Positions 1 through 9,696 of a stretch of DNA of 64,000 nt are shown one piece after another. The stretch covers positions 79,686 to 143,685 of the forward strand of contig JAJYCL010000002.1 in assembly GCA_021778415.1 (NCBI GenBank). The letters run 5' to 3'. A program made the position numbers and the translations under genes. The DNA comes from a bacterium (GTDB lineage: Bacteria; Vulcanimicrobiota; Vulcanimicrobiia; Vulcanimicrobiales; Vulcanimicrobiaceae). How positions within the stretch are numbered: the first letter of the stretch is position 1; each line of letters begins with the position of its first letter. Below the pieces are notes generated by a model. That model ran no database searches. It saw only the letters and a program-made list of their open reading frames with translations, and had not been told where the DNA came from.

Positions 1-1
1 G

Positions 2-3000
2 CAGTCAAGACGAGCTTTGGTGCCAGCTCGCGTTTGCACTCGACCGGAATGTGGACATGTTTCGCTCCGAGCTGAAAGCGGCCCCTGCGTTCGCTGCTGG
101 GATGAGGAGACTGTTCAACTTCATGTCGTACATGTTGGCCGAATGCTTGAGTGTACCGCATGCCGAGCCCGTTACGGCGTCGGGCGTGAACCGATCACCG
201 GCCTTTCATCGTCGACGGCGATTGGTGTTTCAATTCTAACCTGGCTCACGCTCGGCAAATTGAGCCCGGATCAACGTAGGCTTCTTATTTTTGCCGATAG
301 TCGACAAGATACGGCTTATCAAGCCGGATATCTTCAGGACGTTACGTCCGAGTATAGTTGGCGACAACTAACCTATCGTATTGTCGCTGAAACGCCCAGT
401 GATACCCCGGATCTGGATGGCTTTTGGACCGTGCTCTTCAATGTCGGCCGTAAGGACTATTCACTTTTTTCGAACGAAAATGCAAAAAAACAGAAGGACG
501 ATCTAAGGTGGTTTGTTCTCCAGGAGTTCAGTCGTGAGGGAACGAGACGATCGAGCCTTGAGAACCTTGGGCTGGTGGGCATCGACTATCGTTTCCTCGA
601 TGAGCTAGCCGACGATCCCAAATTTGCGAAGTTGCACGCTCAGTGCCCGGGTTTTGACGTTGCAGACGTTGTTGATCTACTTGCAACGACGCTGGATTTC
701 GTCCGACATGCGGGCGCAATGTCGGATGACTTTACGACGCGTTACTGGGATGATCCGGATCAAGTTCGTGGGATCGATACGTACAATAGGCGGCCAGTCG
801 GGTTCCGGCGGGTGAGTGCCGGGCCGGTTCGTTCAGGATATGCAAGTGCGAGACCATTCGTGGCCGCCAAAGGGAGAACGACTGCGGCTCAATCGTTTTA
901 CCAACGTCTTGACATCCCGAGTCCGCATACGGCTATTGCAGCCGCCGTCGACTTGCTTGAGGACAAAGGTTACTTGATAACAACGAGTATCGGCGGCTCA
1001 TTACAGAACCAAAAGATACGCGACGTTTTCGTAGCCAACACGGGCATGATGGCGCTTTGTGCGAATGCACAGCTCTGGCAGTGCTCGAACTGTGGTACGG
1101 TAAATTGGCGCAATGTTCGCGGACGCTGCTACCGTGGAACTTGCGAAGGCGCCACACTTACGAAAGTCGCCGGTCCAGATGCTGAAAATTTTTACGCTCA
1201 TATGTACCGCGATGCCGAACCAATCGCCTTGCACGTACGGGAGCATAGCGGCCAACTTTCCGGAGCGAAACGCGAGGAGTACGAACATCAATTTCGCGAT
1301 GGCAAGATCAACGTTCTTGTCGCATCGCCGACGCTGGAATTAGGGGTAGATATTGGCGCACTGACGACCGTCCTTTTGCGCGGGCTTCCACCATCTCCCG
1401 CGAATTACGCTCAACGTGCTGGCCGTGCCGGGCGACGCGAACGTATTGCAATCGTATCGTCGTACGCGCAAACGTCGCCTCACGACGCGTACTTCTTTGC
1501 CCACCCTGGAGAGATGATTTCCGGAAGCATTCCAGCGCCTCATTTTGAACTTGATAATCCGACCATTGTGCGAAGACACATACGCTCGCTTGCTCTGGAG
1601 AAAATCGAGCGCCCACTGCCTCGTTTCATGCGTGAATTTCTCGATATTCCTCCGGCCAGCGAAAAGCCCAGCCCTGACGACTTTATTACTTCCAAATTAC
1701 GCACCAATTTAGAAGCGGTTGTGGAACTTCGTGCGAAACGGGCTTCTATTGTTGGCGCCGTTTCCGACGCGTTTCGAGACGAGCGTGGCTTTGCGTGCCT
1801 GACCCCGGAAGCAATCGGAGCAACCATCGATGGATTTGAGCACGATCTCTTTGGAGTGCTACGTGCCTGGCACTCGGAAATTATTGAAATTGCCGCTGAT
1901 ATAAAACGAATTAACGATCTTGCCACGCCAACTGGCGAGGAGCATCGCCGTCGTGCTCAACTGCAGAAGACACTTGTGCGATTGACCATGCCGGCCTACG
2001 GAGAACATCGCGGGGGCGGTAACGACGCCTACACTTTAGGGTATCTCGCGAACCACGGATTTCTTCCAAGCTACGCCTTCCCAGGAACGCCTGCCACGTT
2101 ATTTTCGCGCGATCTCGACGATGGCGAAGTGCAGCGTGATCCTTTACTTGCCCTAGGCGAGTTCGCCCCCGGCGCATTAGTTTACGTTGACGGGAAAAAA
2201 ATAAGTTGTACGGGTTTGAATCTTGTTCGAAGTATTGGCACCTCGCCTGAAGATTTCGTAGCTGGTACGGATTCGAAATACTCGCGTTGTCTAGCATGCG
2301 GCTTTCACGCACCACGGGCTTGGATTGGCGACTGCCCCGACTGCAAAGCCGAGAACACGCAAGAGGAGGAGCCTCGTCTGGAGATCGTTGCCTTTCGTGG
2401 TGCGGTAGACGCTCAGATTACGGCCAGCGAAGAACAGCGACGCCGGACAAAATTCGAGTTATCGGTGGCAATATTTGGGAAGCCGAGTTCGGAGACGACC
2501 CATAGCTTTGATTTGATGACGGCTCGATACAGGCGAAATCAGCCCTTATTGGCTATTAATCATGGGGTCCGCGAAAATTCCGGGACGAAGCCGTTTGTCT
2601 TTTGTCTGGATTGTGGCGACGCAAAGCAAGATACAAAGGCCGATTGGAAGCAAGCGCACGTAAGGTCCCGAAAACACGCACCAAAAGAGTATAGAGCAAA
2701 TCTGACGTATGCTTTTGAGAGCGATGTACTTTTAATAGAGGTTCCGTCGTTCGGACCGGATGAGGCGGTTACACTCCGTCATGCATTGCTGTCGGCGATC
2801 CGGATCGAGTTTCAAGCTGATGAAGGTGAATTGGATGGCTTTGACCTTGCCGCAAACGAACATCGGCCGACAACAATAGTGTTATATGAGAACGTAAGCG
2901 GCGGTGCCGGATATTTACGACGTGCCGGCAGTGATTTGCCGCGCATCGCAACGCGTGCACTCAAGTTGATGAAGCATGATCCGCCCTGCGTGCGCGCGTG

Positions 3001-3475
3001 TTACCTATGCCTTTTGAACTACTTTAATCAGCGCGACCATGAACGTATTGATAAGCGTCTCGTCGAGGGAATACTAGACGAACTGGTTCTGGAACCGGCT
3101 AGTGGCATCGCTCTTGTCCAAGGAGACCAAAAGCAGCCGCATGTAATTCGCCATGTGGAATCACCTATCGAAGCGCTCTTGGATGCGGCGATGCGGCGCC
3201 ACCTGCCGTCGTTCGAGCTTCAGGGAGAGGTATTCGATTCGACTGGCAAGCTTGTCTCTCGACCCGACATGCTTTTCGATGCCCAGCGAATCGCCATATA
3301 CGCGGATGGGCGAGATTTTCACACAAGTCCGGACCAAGTCGAAAACGATAACAGAATTCGATCCAGCGTTCGCGAATTAGGCTACCGGGTGCTCGCATTT
3401 AGCGGAAGCAGAATCGCTGGCGACATAGACGGATGCATTCGTGAAATTGTGTTGGCACTTGAGGATGCCAAATGA
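2..3475 (+). CDS. SF2 helicase C-terminal part fused to a DUF1998-type Zn-binding domain and a C-terminal DUF559/Vsr-like endonuclease-fold domain (5' end cut by the window edge)
   Basis: The frame is open back to nt 2 with no stop. Helicase motifs present: LIFADSRQD, ASPTLELGVDIG (motif V), QRAGRAGRR (motif VI). Several CxxC pairs occur (CLACG..CPDCK, CLDCG). The DUF1998-like end reads YENVSGGAGYL..CVRACYLCLLNYFNQRDHERIDKR. The last ~90 aa (RPDMLFDAQRIAIYADGRDFH..ELGYRVLAF) resemble DUF559. Confidence 0.8.
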   Translation, partial: QSRRALVPARVCTRPECGHVSLRAESGPCVRCWDEETVQLHVVHVGRMLECTACRARYGVGREPITGLSSSTAIGVSILTWLTLGKLSPDQRRLLIFADSRQDTAYQAGYLQDVTSEYSWRQLTYRIVAETPSDTPDLDGFWTVLFNVGRKDYSLFSNENAKKQKDDLRWFVLQEFSREGTRRSSLENLGLVGIDYRFLDELADDPKFAKLHAQCPGFDVADVVDLLATTLDFVRHAGAMSDDFTTRYWDDPDQVRGIDTYNRRPVGFRRVSAGPVRSGYASARPFVAAKGRTTAAQSFYQRLDIPSPHTAIAAAVDLLEDKGYLITTSIGGSLQNQKIRDVFVANTGMMALCANAQLWQCSNCGTVNWRNVRGRCYRGTCEGATLTKVAGPDAENFYAHMYRDAEPIALHVREHSGQLSGAKREEYEHQFRDGKINVLVASPTLELGVDIGALTTVLLRGLPPSPANYAQRAGRAGRRERIAIVSSYAQTSPHDAYFFAHPGEMISGSIPAPHFELDNPTIVRRHIRSLALEKIERPLPRFMREFLDIPPASEKPSPDDFITSKLRTNLEAVVELRAKRASIVGAVSDAFRDERGFACLTPEAIGATIDGFEHDLFGVLRAWHSEIIEIAADIKRINDLATPTGEEHRRRAQLQKTLVRLTMPAYGEHRGGGNDAYTLGYLANHGFLPSYAFPGTPATLFSRDLDDGEVQRDPLLALGEFAPGALVYVDGKKISCTGLNLVRSIGTSPEDFVAGTDSKYSRCLACGFHAPRAWIGDCPDCKAENTQEEEPRLEIVAFRGAVDAQITASEEQRRRTKFELSVAIFGKPSSETTHSFDLMTARYRRNQPLLAINHGVRENSGTKPFVFCLDCGDAKQDTKADWKQAHVRSRKHAPKEYRANLTYAFESDVLLIEVPSFGPDEAVTLRHALLSAIRIEFQADEGELDGFDLAANEHRPTTIVLYENVSGGAGYLRRAGSDLPRIATRALKLMKHDPPCVRACYLCLLNYFNQRDHERIDKRLVEGILDELVLEPASGIALVQGDQKQPHVIRHVESPIEALLDAAMRRHLPSFELQGEVFDSTGKLVSRPDMLFDAQRIAIYADGRDFHTSPDQVENDNRIRSSVRELGYRVLAFSGSRIAGDIDGCIREIVLALEDAK

Positions 3476-3796
3476 ACTCATATCGTGGGGGAATTTCACT
3501 TGGCCTATTTGTTTAGGCCACCTCAAAATAGCAAGTGCCGATAATTTCGTGATCAATCCTGACGCTATTCCTATGTCTGCTTTCATCATCGCTAACACGT
3601 CAACTTCCGGTCGGACGAGTAATGGTAAGTCCGCAGAGGCGACTGCGACATCGAGAGCGTCAGTCAATTTGGCGCAGATGTACCACGCCCATCTCGGAGG
3701 AGCTGCGTTAATCGTCTTTAATGGTCGAATTTCTATCGGGAAAATATCGATAAATGAGGCGCGTAGACGCGGTTTTAGCTTTAGTCTGTTTCTCAC
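3377..3796 (-). CDS. hypothetical protein (uncertain; convergent with the helicase 3' end and overlapping it by about 100 nt)
   Basis: 139-aa ORF with a GTG start in the AT-rich block. Its translation looks more globular than the overlapping + strand ORF 3441..3854. No recognisable motif. Confidence 0.25.
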   Translation of the reverse strand: MRNRLKLKPRLRASFIDIFPIEIRPLKTINAAPPRWAWYICAKLTDALDVAVASADLPLLVRPEVDVLAMMKADIGIASGLITKLSALAILRWPKQIGQVKFPHDMSSFGILKCQHNFTNASVYVASDSASAKCEHPVA

Positions 3797-4333
3797 TAAT
3801 ATCGATTTATCAAAGTGCGTTGTTTATTTAGTGCCGTTAACATGCTCGCATTGATTAGTGCTTGAGTGCCTTGCATTAAATTGGTTTAGCTATGCAAACC
3901 TACAATAGTTGATCGATTCACAAAGACGTCTAACCGAAAGAGTTTCTTGTTTACAAGGATGAAACATTACGTGTTTTAAATTGAGAAAAAATCCATTGGC
4001 GCTTTATGGATTGTATTTCGCAGAATCATGGGAACCGTTTCAGATAGGAGAGGTGCCGCTGCAAAAATAAAAATGCGTGCGTTAATCAGTTTTTGCCAAC
4101 GCTCCCTCCTGGGTCTTAATATTCATACGCAGTAGGTCAGTCCTGCCGAGCGCGCGATTAAGACCGAACTTAAAAAAACATATTTGTCGCTAAGTCGATC
4201 AATACGAAAGTAAAGAGAACGGTGAGAGCAATTAGCGCGGCACTTACCGGAACTGACACTCGAGTAAAATGAAGTATTAAATACTTTTTTCGGGAACGCC
4301 ATTTATATTACTAATGACGACGTGGGAGGCAAT

Positions 4334-4477
4334 ATGAAAAATTCGCTGAGCGCATACATTGGCGCGATTGTGACGCAGGGATTATCGAGAGGGACGATAA
4401 TTTTCGAGGCCGTTTTAGGGCTGATAATATCACTTTGGAATGGCGGCGGGATTGGTTGTGACTCCTTGCGTGGCTAA
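4334..4477 (+). CDS. 47-aa small hydrophobic peptide (candidate)
   Basis: ATG is preceded by GGGAGG at 5-nt spacing. Translation: MKNSLSAYIGAIVTQGLSRGTIIFEAVLGLIISLWNGGGIGCDSLRG. It is below the ORF-track size cutoff. Confidence 0.3.
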   Translation: MKNSLSAYIGAIVTQGLSRGTIIFEAVLGLIISLWNGGGIGCDSLRG

Positions 4478-5191
4478 TGCTCATGCTATTACTGCGCGTG
4501 GTTATCATTCCGTTGCCTTTGCGATTTTATTGCGTTGTTCGGAATTCCGGATTGAAATGCGATTTGATAAATTTGAATTCGGACTGGTAGTTAGTTTTTC
4601 GCGTGGAGCACATCTTCGGCATGGTCAAAGGGACCTTCGGCTTCAGGAAAATTCAATACCGTGGCATTGCTATGAACGAAAGTTGCTTGAACGTCCTGTT
4701 CGCATTTTCGAATTTTTCCATGGCCCGCAAAAAATGCTCTATCTTTCCGCGACGTAGCTGTATATCGACCTAAAAAACGCGAGAAATTACCTTCCTGAGA
4801 CAGCGGAGAACGCCCCCAACGCACAAAATTCACTTAAAACATCTCGTTTATTCCGCTCAGCCAGAATAACAGTCGATTAATCAATCTCGCCGAAAGTTTG
4901 ACGCATCGACAGGCACTCGGGAAGAGGCTTGGCGATCATGTCAATAATTGGGACAGGTTCAGTTGGTTTAATTTTTTAGAGGTCCTCAAAGTGACTGGTC
5001 AACTGAACCTTCACTGACTCCGCGAAATGGCATGAATGAGTTTTACAAGACCCGCAAATGTGATCGAAAATATGCGAGGCATTGTTGATTAAGGCGATGA
5101 CGGTTCGGGGCATTTTGCACCCAAAATTCGATGAGGCGGATTAGTGGGAGCAGGTGCGTTTTGACAAAATGGATAAATTCTGTGTGCTAGG

Positions 5192-5443
5192 ATGAGAATA
5201 TTTTCTGCGTGCAATTCTAAGTTGATTGAGGAAAAGGCCATCGATGTCAAATTGCTGAGCTATCCCGATCGACGCATAAACAGAGCACTTGAAAGCGGCC
5301 AAGCGACCTTGGATCGCCAACTCGAACTCTATCGCGAAGGCAAAACGCTGGAACGCGAATGCGACGCGCTCTTAAAGAACGCCGAAAATGAACTCGCCCG
5401 CGCCAGCGGCAAAAGTGAAGATACGAATGATCACGGAACCTGA
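5192..5443 (+). CDS. hypothetical small charged/coiled-coil-like protein
   Basis: 83-aa ORF rich in E/K/R/L. No strong SD. Lies at the edge of the AT-rich block. Confidence 0.35.
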   Translation: MRIFSACNSKLIEEKAIDVKLLSYPDRRINRALESGQATLDRQLELYREGKTLERECDALLKNAENELARASGKSEDTNDHGT

Positions 5444-5651
5444 CCCTACATCCGAACGCGTCGCGCGCAACACGAAACGGCAGCGGTTCTATGGGATTTT
5501 GTATGCTCTCTTTGCCGTCGGATTTTTGGTGCTTGGCATTCATTCGATTGTGGCTTCCGCGAACTCATGGTATGGCTATCTTGAAGTCGTTAGTGCCGCT
5601 ATTTGGTCATGGTGTGCATGGCAAAGTGTAAAACAAGCCTCGACGACCTGA
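5427..5651 (+). CDS. small membrane protein (two predicted TM helices)
   Basis: Two hydrophobic stretches: FYGILYALFAVGFLVLGIHSIV and LEVVSAAIWSWCAW. The internal Met (MITEP) was chosen as start to limit overlap with the upstream ORF. Confidence 0.45.
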   Translation: MITEPDPTSERVARNTKRQRFYGILYALFAVGFLVLGIHSIVASANSWYGYLEVVSAAIWSWCAWQSVKQASTT

Positions 5652-5786
5652 CGAAAATTCTGACCGTCGTATTGTCAGGCAGCATCATCCCCTTACCGTA
5701 AGATATGCTCATGCCGGCCCTGGATTTTCCGTTCCGTGGCGATGTCAGCGTTTCGCCGGAAGCTTACGAGACGACGTTGCAAAACT

Positions 5787-6578
5787 TCACCGCAATCGAT
5801 CACTCGCACTAATGACCGTCCGTGTTGGGGCCGCCCAGCGAAGCAGCGTGGGAATACCGCGCGCATCACTCGTTGCATTGAGCGCAAGAACCGCCAAGAG
5901 CAGCGATGCTAAAACACCCGCGCCCCACACCAGGGCGCGACGTGTTTTTTTCGGGTGAGGTGCGGTACTCCCGGTAACCATGCCGAGCAGCGTCGGCAAT
6001 CCGGCCCGCAGTACTTGCCCAAGATGGACGGCGATGAAGGCGATCAGCGCAACGGCAAGGATGATGTGAATCACAATTGCAATGCGTTCACCGCCGAAGA
6101 TCGCGAGCATCCACGGAGCTCGGCGCCCCAACCAAAGGCCGAGCCCGGTGAGAATCATCACCGCTCCGCCAAGCATGACGAGCGTATACGCGAGCCGCTG
6201 CGCGCCATTATACTCCTCCGGCTGCATTGCGGCCCGTGGTGACGTCAGTTCTTTGATCGTTGCCGTCCATGCTGCACGTAGAAAATCGCGCTGCGGGACG
6301 ATGCGCTTCCAGGTGCTCCGTGAGATCGATGTCACCGCGTAGAACAGCGCATTCGCCATGAAAAGAAACGCAATACCTAAATGCCAGGCACGCCCGATCA
6401 GGCGATGATCCGTGAGTTGGAGCGCGTTCCAAATCGCACGTGGAATGAGGTGCGTATAGACGGCGAAATGGCGGTCTGCAACGAGCATCGCAAATCCCGT
6501 CCACAGCATTGCGAGCAGAACAATTGCGTTAATCCAGTGGGCGATGCGAACGTGCCGCGGTTGAACCTGATGTTCCAT
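5787..6578 (-). CDS. cytochrome b561 / Ni-Fe-hydrogenase b-type cytochrome family membrane protein
   Basis: Contains HVRIAHWINAIVLLAMLWTGF, multiple TM helices and conserved His residues (HWIN, HLG.., HIILA). Start set at MEHQVQ (ATG at 6578, AAGG about 9 nt upstream). Confidence 0.7.
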   Translation of the reverse strand: MEHQVQPRHVRIAHWINAIVLLAMLWTGFAMLVADRHFAVYTHLIPRAIWNALQLTDHRLIGRAWHLGIAFLFMANALFYAVTSISRSTWKRIVPQRDFLRAAWTATIKELTSPRAAMQPEEYNGAQRLAYTLVMLGGAVMILTGLGLWLGRRAPWMLAIFGGERIAIVIHIILAVALIAFIAVHLGQVLRAGLPTLLGMVTGSTAPHPKKTRRALVWGAGVLASLLLAVLALNATSDARGIPTLLRWAAPTRTVISASDRLR

Positions 6579-6740
6579 AGTGACTACCTTACGTTTCGTT
6601 CCCTGTGGAAAGGATGAGGTTGGCGATTTTCTCATCTGCCTTTCAGGAGACAACGTTCTCTACCGATAATCGTTTCGAACGATACGACCTGGAGATGAGT
6701 CGGCAGTTGGCGAATGAGGCGTACAGAAAGTGAGGGTTCC

Positions 6741-7466
6741 ATGCTCTTTTCCATGCTCTTAGCGCTCGCAACAGTCACCCAGCCGGTGATGTGGCAGGGG
6801 GTCACTCTTGGTGAGCCGATGAGTGCGGTCGTCTCGCGCCTGGGCGATCCGCTGAAGGTGCAAAACGAAGCGGCCGTGAGGACACTTTATCTCTATACGT
6901 CGAATCACGCCTCGACGCTCCTCGTTCTCAGCGTAGAACGTGGCCGAGTCCGTCGCGTTCGCGTCGTCGCCCTCAACGATGGAGCGTTCACGCTTACTGA
7001 TGGTCACGGAATTGCGCTCGGAGCAACGGAAGCACAATTGACGACGTTGAACGGCAAGCCAACGAAGGTACTTGCGTCAACGAAATTTCCTGTCGACATC
7101 TACGAACGCCCGGACGGAATCTGGTCCTATGAATTTCTCGGTGGCGCGGTAAAAGCGATCCAATTAGCTCAGGCGGCGGCCGATTTTTCTGCGCTCCCGA
7201 CCGTAGCCGAGCCCGTCATTCACGGCGGAACATCGTTCGACGATGCAATCGTCGAAATGGCGGATAACGAATTCGATGGAGTAAAGAAAGAAAATATCTA
7301 CCTTCAGCTCCAGGGATGTGCCCCCGGTGTGAGCTGGAAAACGACGACGCAGTCGCTGATGAGTCACGGCGGAAAAAAGTATGATCGCCTAGATACTGTC
7401 TGCCCTACGACCAACGAGAAGCGCGCCTTCTATTTCGACATCACAAATTATTTCGGCAAGCTTTGA
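6741..7466 (+). CDS. secreted hypothetical protein
   Basis: N-terminal signal-like MLFSMLLALATVTQP, with GAGGG upstream of the ATG. No recognised domain. Confidence 0.6.
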   Translation: MLFSMLLALATVTQPVMWQGVTLGEPMSAVVSRLGDPLKVQNEAAVRTLYLYTSNHASTLLVLSVERGRVRRVRVVALNDGAFTLTDGHGIALGATEAQLTTLNGKPTKVLASTKFPVDIYERPDGIWSYEFLGGAVKAIQLAQAAADFSALPTVAEPVIHGGTSFDDAIVEMADNEFDGVKKENIYLQLQGCAPGVSWKTTTQSLMSHGGKKYDRLDTVCPTTNEKRAFYFDITNYFGKL

Positions 7467-7574
7467 TGGCCGTACGGTTCCGGAATCCGAGATGCTCCTT
7501 CGGCTACGGGCTTTGGGCTCTGACTGGGCATACGGAGCGACATGGGCACGTGGAGAAACAGTGCAAGGAGTGGA

Positions 7575-8057
7575 ATGCTAAAGCTAGTCAATACGAATGC
7601 GCTCCCTGAAGTAGCGTGGGTTTCGCCGTCGGGAAACTTTGCGAGTTTTGATTCGAACATCTCCGTGGCGCTTGGGCGCAATCCGGATTCGTTGCATCTG
7701 TACGAACGGCATCCGTTCGATGTGGAAATTTGCCGGGTCCCTTCCGGTAAAGCGATGTGCCCGTATCATTCGCATAGCGCGCAATGGGAGTTCTATCATG
7801 TGATTTCGGGCTCCGGAACGGTTCGCCATGAAGCGGGTGTCACGGAAATCGTCCCCGGAGATGCATTTATCTTTCAACCGGGGCAACCACATCAACTCAT
7901 CGGCGGCGCATCCGGGGATCTCGTGCTCTACATCGTCGCCGATAATCCCCTTGGTGAGTCATGCCACTATCCGGATAGCAACAAATGGGCAGTCGCTTCA
8001 CCCGAACGGCGCATCGTGCGCTCCGAAAACCTGGATTATTTCGACGGCGAAGAATAA
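7575..8057 (+). CDS. cupin domain protein
   Basis: Cupin metal motifs: HSHSAQWEFYHVISGSG...GDAFIFQPGQPHQL. AAGGAG lies 5 nt upstream of the ATG at 7575. Confidence 0.75.
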   Translation: MLKLVNTNALPEVAWVSPSGNFASFDSNISVALGRNPDSLHLYERHPFDVEICRVPSGKAMCPYHSHSAQWEFYHVISGSGTVRHEAGVTEIVPGDAFIFQPGQPHQLIGGASGDLVLYIVADNPLGESCHYPDSNKWAVASPERRIVRSENLDYFDGEE

Positions 8058-8063
8058 ACCCGC

Positions 8064-8840
8064 ATGGCCCTTCGACGTTTGGACGATTGCGTTGCGCAAG
8101 AACTTGGCGTGACGCGTTCGCACGCGCGCAGCCTGATCATGGAAGGGCGTGTGCGCGTCGATGGGGTGACGATGACCAAGGGCGGCCAGCACGTTCGCTT
8201 GGGAGCAACTCTTGACGTCACCGCTCCTCGGCGGTATGTGAGCCGTGGTGGAGAGAAACTGGCTGCGGCCTTGTCCGCGTTTGCTCTTGACGCGACCGGC
8301 ATGCGTGCGTTGGACGTTGGCGCGTCGACGGGTGGCTTTACGGATTGCTTGTTGCAACACGGCGCGGCTCACGTCGTTGCGCTCGATGTCGGCTATGGGC
8401 AACTCGATTGGTCGCTCCGCACGAATCCGCAGGTCGAGGTGCGCGAGCGAACCAACGTCCGTTTGCTCCCGGCCGATGCGTTCCCGGAAGGTTTTGATCT
8501 CATCGTGATTGATGCGTCCTTTATTTCCCTGCGAAGCGTCATTCCGAGTGTCATCCCGTATTTGCGCGAGGCAGCAACCATCGTGGCCCTGATCAAACCG
8601 CAATTTGAAGCCGGGCGAGATCGGCTGGGAAAGGGCGGAGTCGTACGCGACCCCGAGGTGCATCGTATGGTCGTGCGCGAAGTGCGAGATATGATCGCCG
8701 ATCTTGGATTGACCATGACTGCATTGTGTGCGTCGCCTCTACGCGGCCCGGCTGGAAACCGCGAATTTCTGGCGCGAATCCAGCGCACAGGCGTTGGGGT
8801 GGATGATGCAACGCTCGATGCGGCCATCGGAGCCCAGTGA
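8064..8840 (+). CDS. tlyA: TlyA family rRNA (cytidine-2'-O)-methyltransferase
   Basis: S4-like N-terminus (RLD..V..GVTRSHARSLI..GRVRVDG), VSRGG.KL, and SAM motif DVGASTGGFTD. Confidence 0.9.
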   Translation: MALRRLDDCVAQELGVTRSHARSLIMEGRVRVDGVTMTKGGQHVRLGATLDVTAPRRYVSRGGEKLAAALSAFALDATGMRALDVGASTGGFTDCLLQHGAAHVVALDVGYGQLDWSLRTNPQVEVRERTNVRLLPADAFPEGFDLIVIDASFISLRSVIPSVIPYLREAATIVALIKPQFEAGRDRLGKGGVVRDPEVHRMVVREVRDMIADLGLTMTALCASPLRGPAGNREFLARIQRTGVGVDDATLDAAIGAQ

Positions 8841-9688
8841 TCGTGTCCCAGCAGATCATTGCCATCTATACGTCGGAGCCCCCTCGGCCTCGCTCCTTAG
8901 TGCTTTCACATGCTATTCGCCAGCGTTTCGAGGCACGCGGATTCACGGTGATCGATTCGAGCGACGAGCGCATTTGGTCGGCATCGTTGCTCATTACGAT
9001 CGGGGGCGACGGAACGCTGCTTGGTGCTGCGCGCGTTGCCATCGAACACGATCTTCCGATTTTGGGCATCAACACCGGTCGCTTGGGATTCCTTACGGAG
9101 TTCGATGACGGGGATCCGCGAATCGAACTCTTACCGCAAGCTGTGGAATCCGGACTCGTCTACGAAGAGCGCGCCGCACTCGAAGCGCATTACGACGGAC
9201 GTTCGTTTTTTGCGCTCAACGATGTCGTCGTTCGCAAGGGCGAGGTTTCGCGTATCGTTCCTTTCGGCTTGCGGATGAATGGTGAGCATGTGGCAGATGT
9301 TCCGGCCGATGGGATTTGTATCGCCACCTCCACGGGCTCAACCGCTTATTTCCTTTCGGCCGGTGGCCCGATCATCTCACCCAATGTCGATGCCTTTGGC
9401 ATTGTCCCCCTACTTCCGCATACGCTGTTTTCGCGTCCGTTGATCGTGACGGCAAGTTCGCGTATCGAAATTACGTGCGATGCCGAATTGGCCCACGCCC
9501 ATCTGGAATGTGATGGCGAAGTCATTGCCGAGATCGCGCGCGGGCGGACCGTCGTCGTGACGCGGCATCCGAAAACCGTTCGCTTCGCGAGGGTCGAAAA
9601 ATTGCGTTTCTTCTCGCGTCTTGAAGAGAAGCTGCGCTGGGGTGTCTCGATTCGTGCAACGTCGCTGGACGGTAGTTCAGAAAACTAA
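8837..9688 (+). CDS. nadK: NAD(+) kinase
   Basis: Contains ITIGGDGTLLGAAR and GINTGRLGFLTEF. The GTG start overlaps the tlyA stop. Confidence 0.9.
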   Translation: MIVSQQIIAIYTSEPPRPRSLVLSHAIRQRFEARGFTVIDSSDERIWSASLLITIGGDGTLLGAARVAIEHDLPILGINTGRLGFLTEFDDGDPRIELLPQAVESGLVYEERAALEAHYDGRSFFALNDVVVRKGEVSRIVPFGLRMNGEHVADVPADGICIATSTGSTAYFLSAGGPIISPNVDAFGIVPLLPHTLFSRPLIVTASSRIEITCDAELAHAHLECDGEVIAEIARGRTVVVTRHPKTVRFARVEKLRFFSRLEEKLRWGVSIRATSLDGSSEN

Positions 9689-9696
9689 TTCGCTCG

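Noticed and set aside
3441-3854. 137-aa plus-strand ORF after the helicase
   Set aside because: It starts inside the helicase gene in another frame, has no SD, and has a Ser/Thr/Ile-rich odd composition. The opposite-strand ORF is slightly more plausible, and both are weak.
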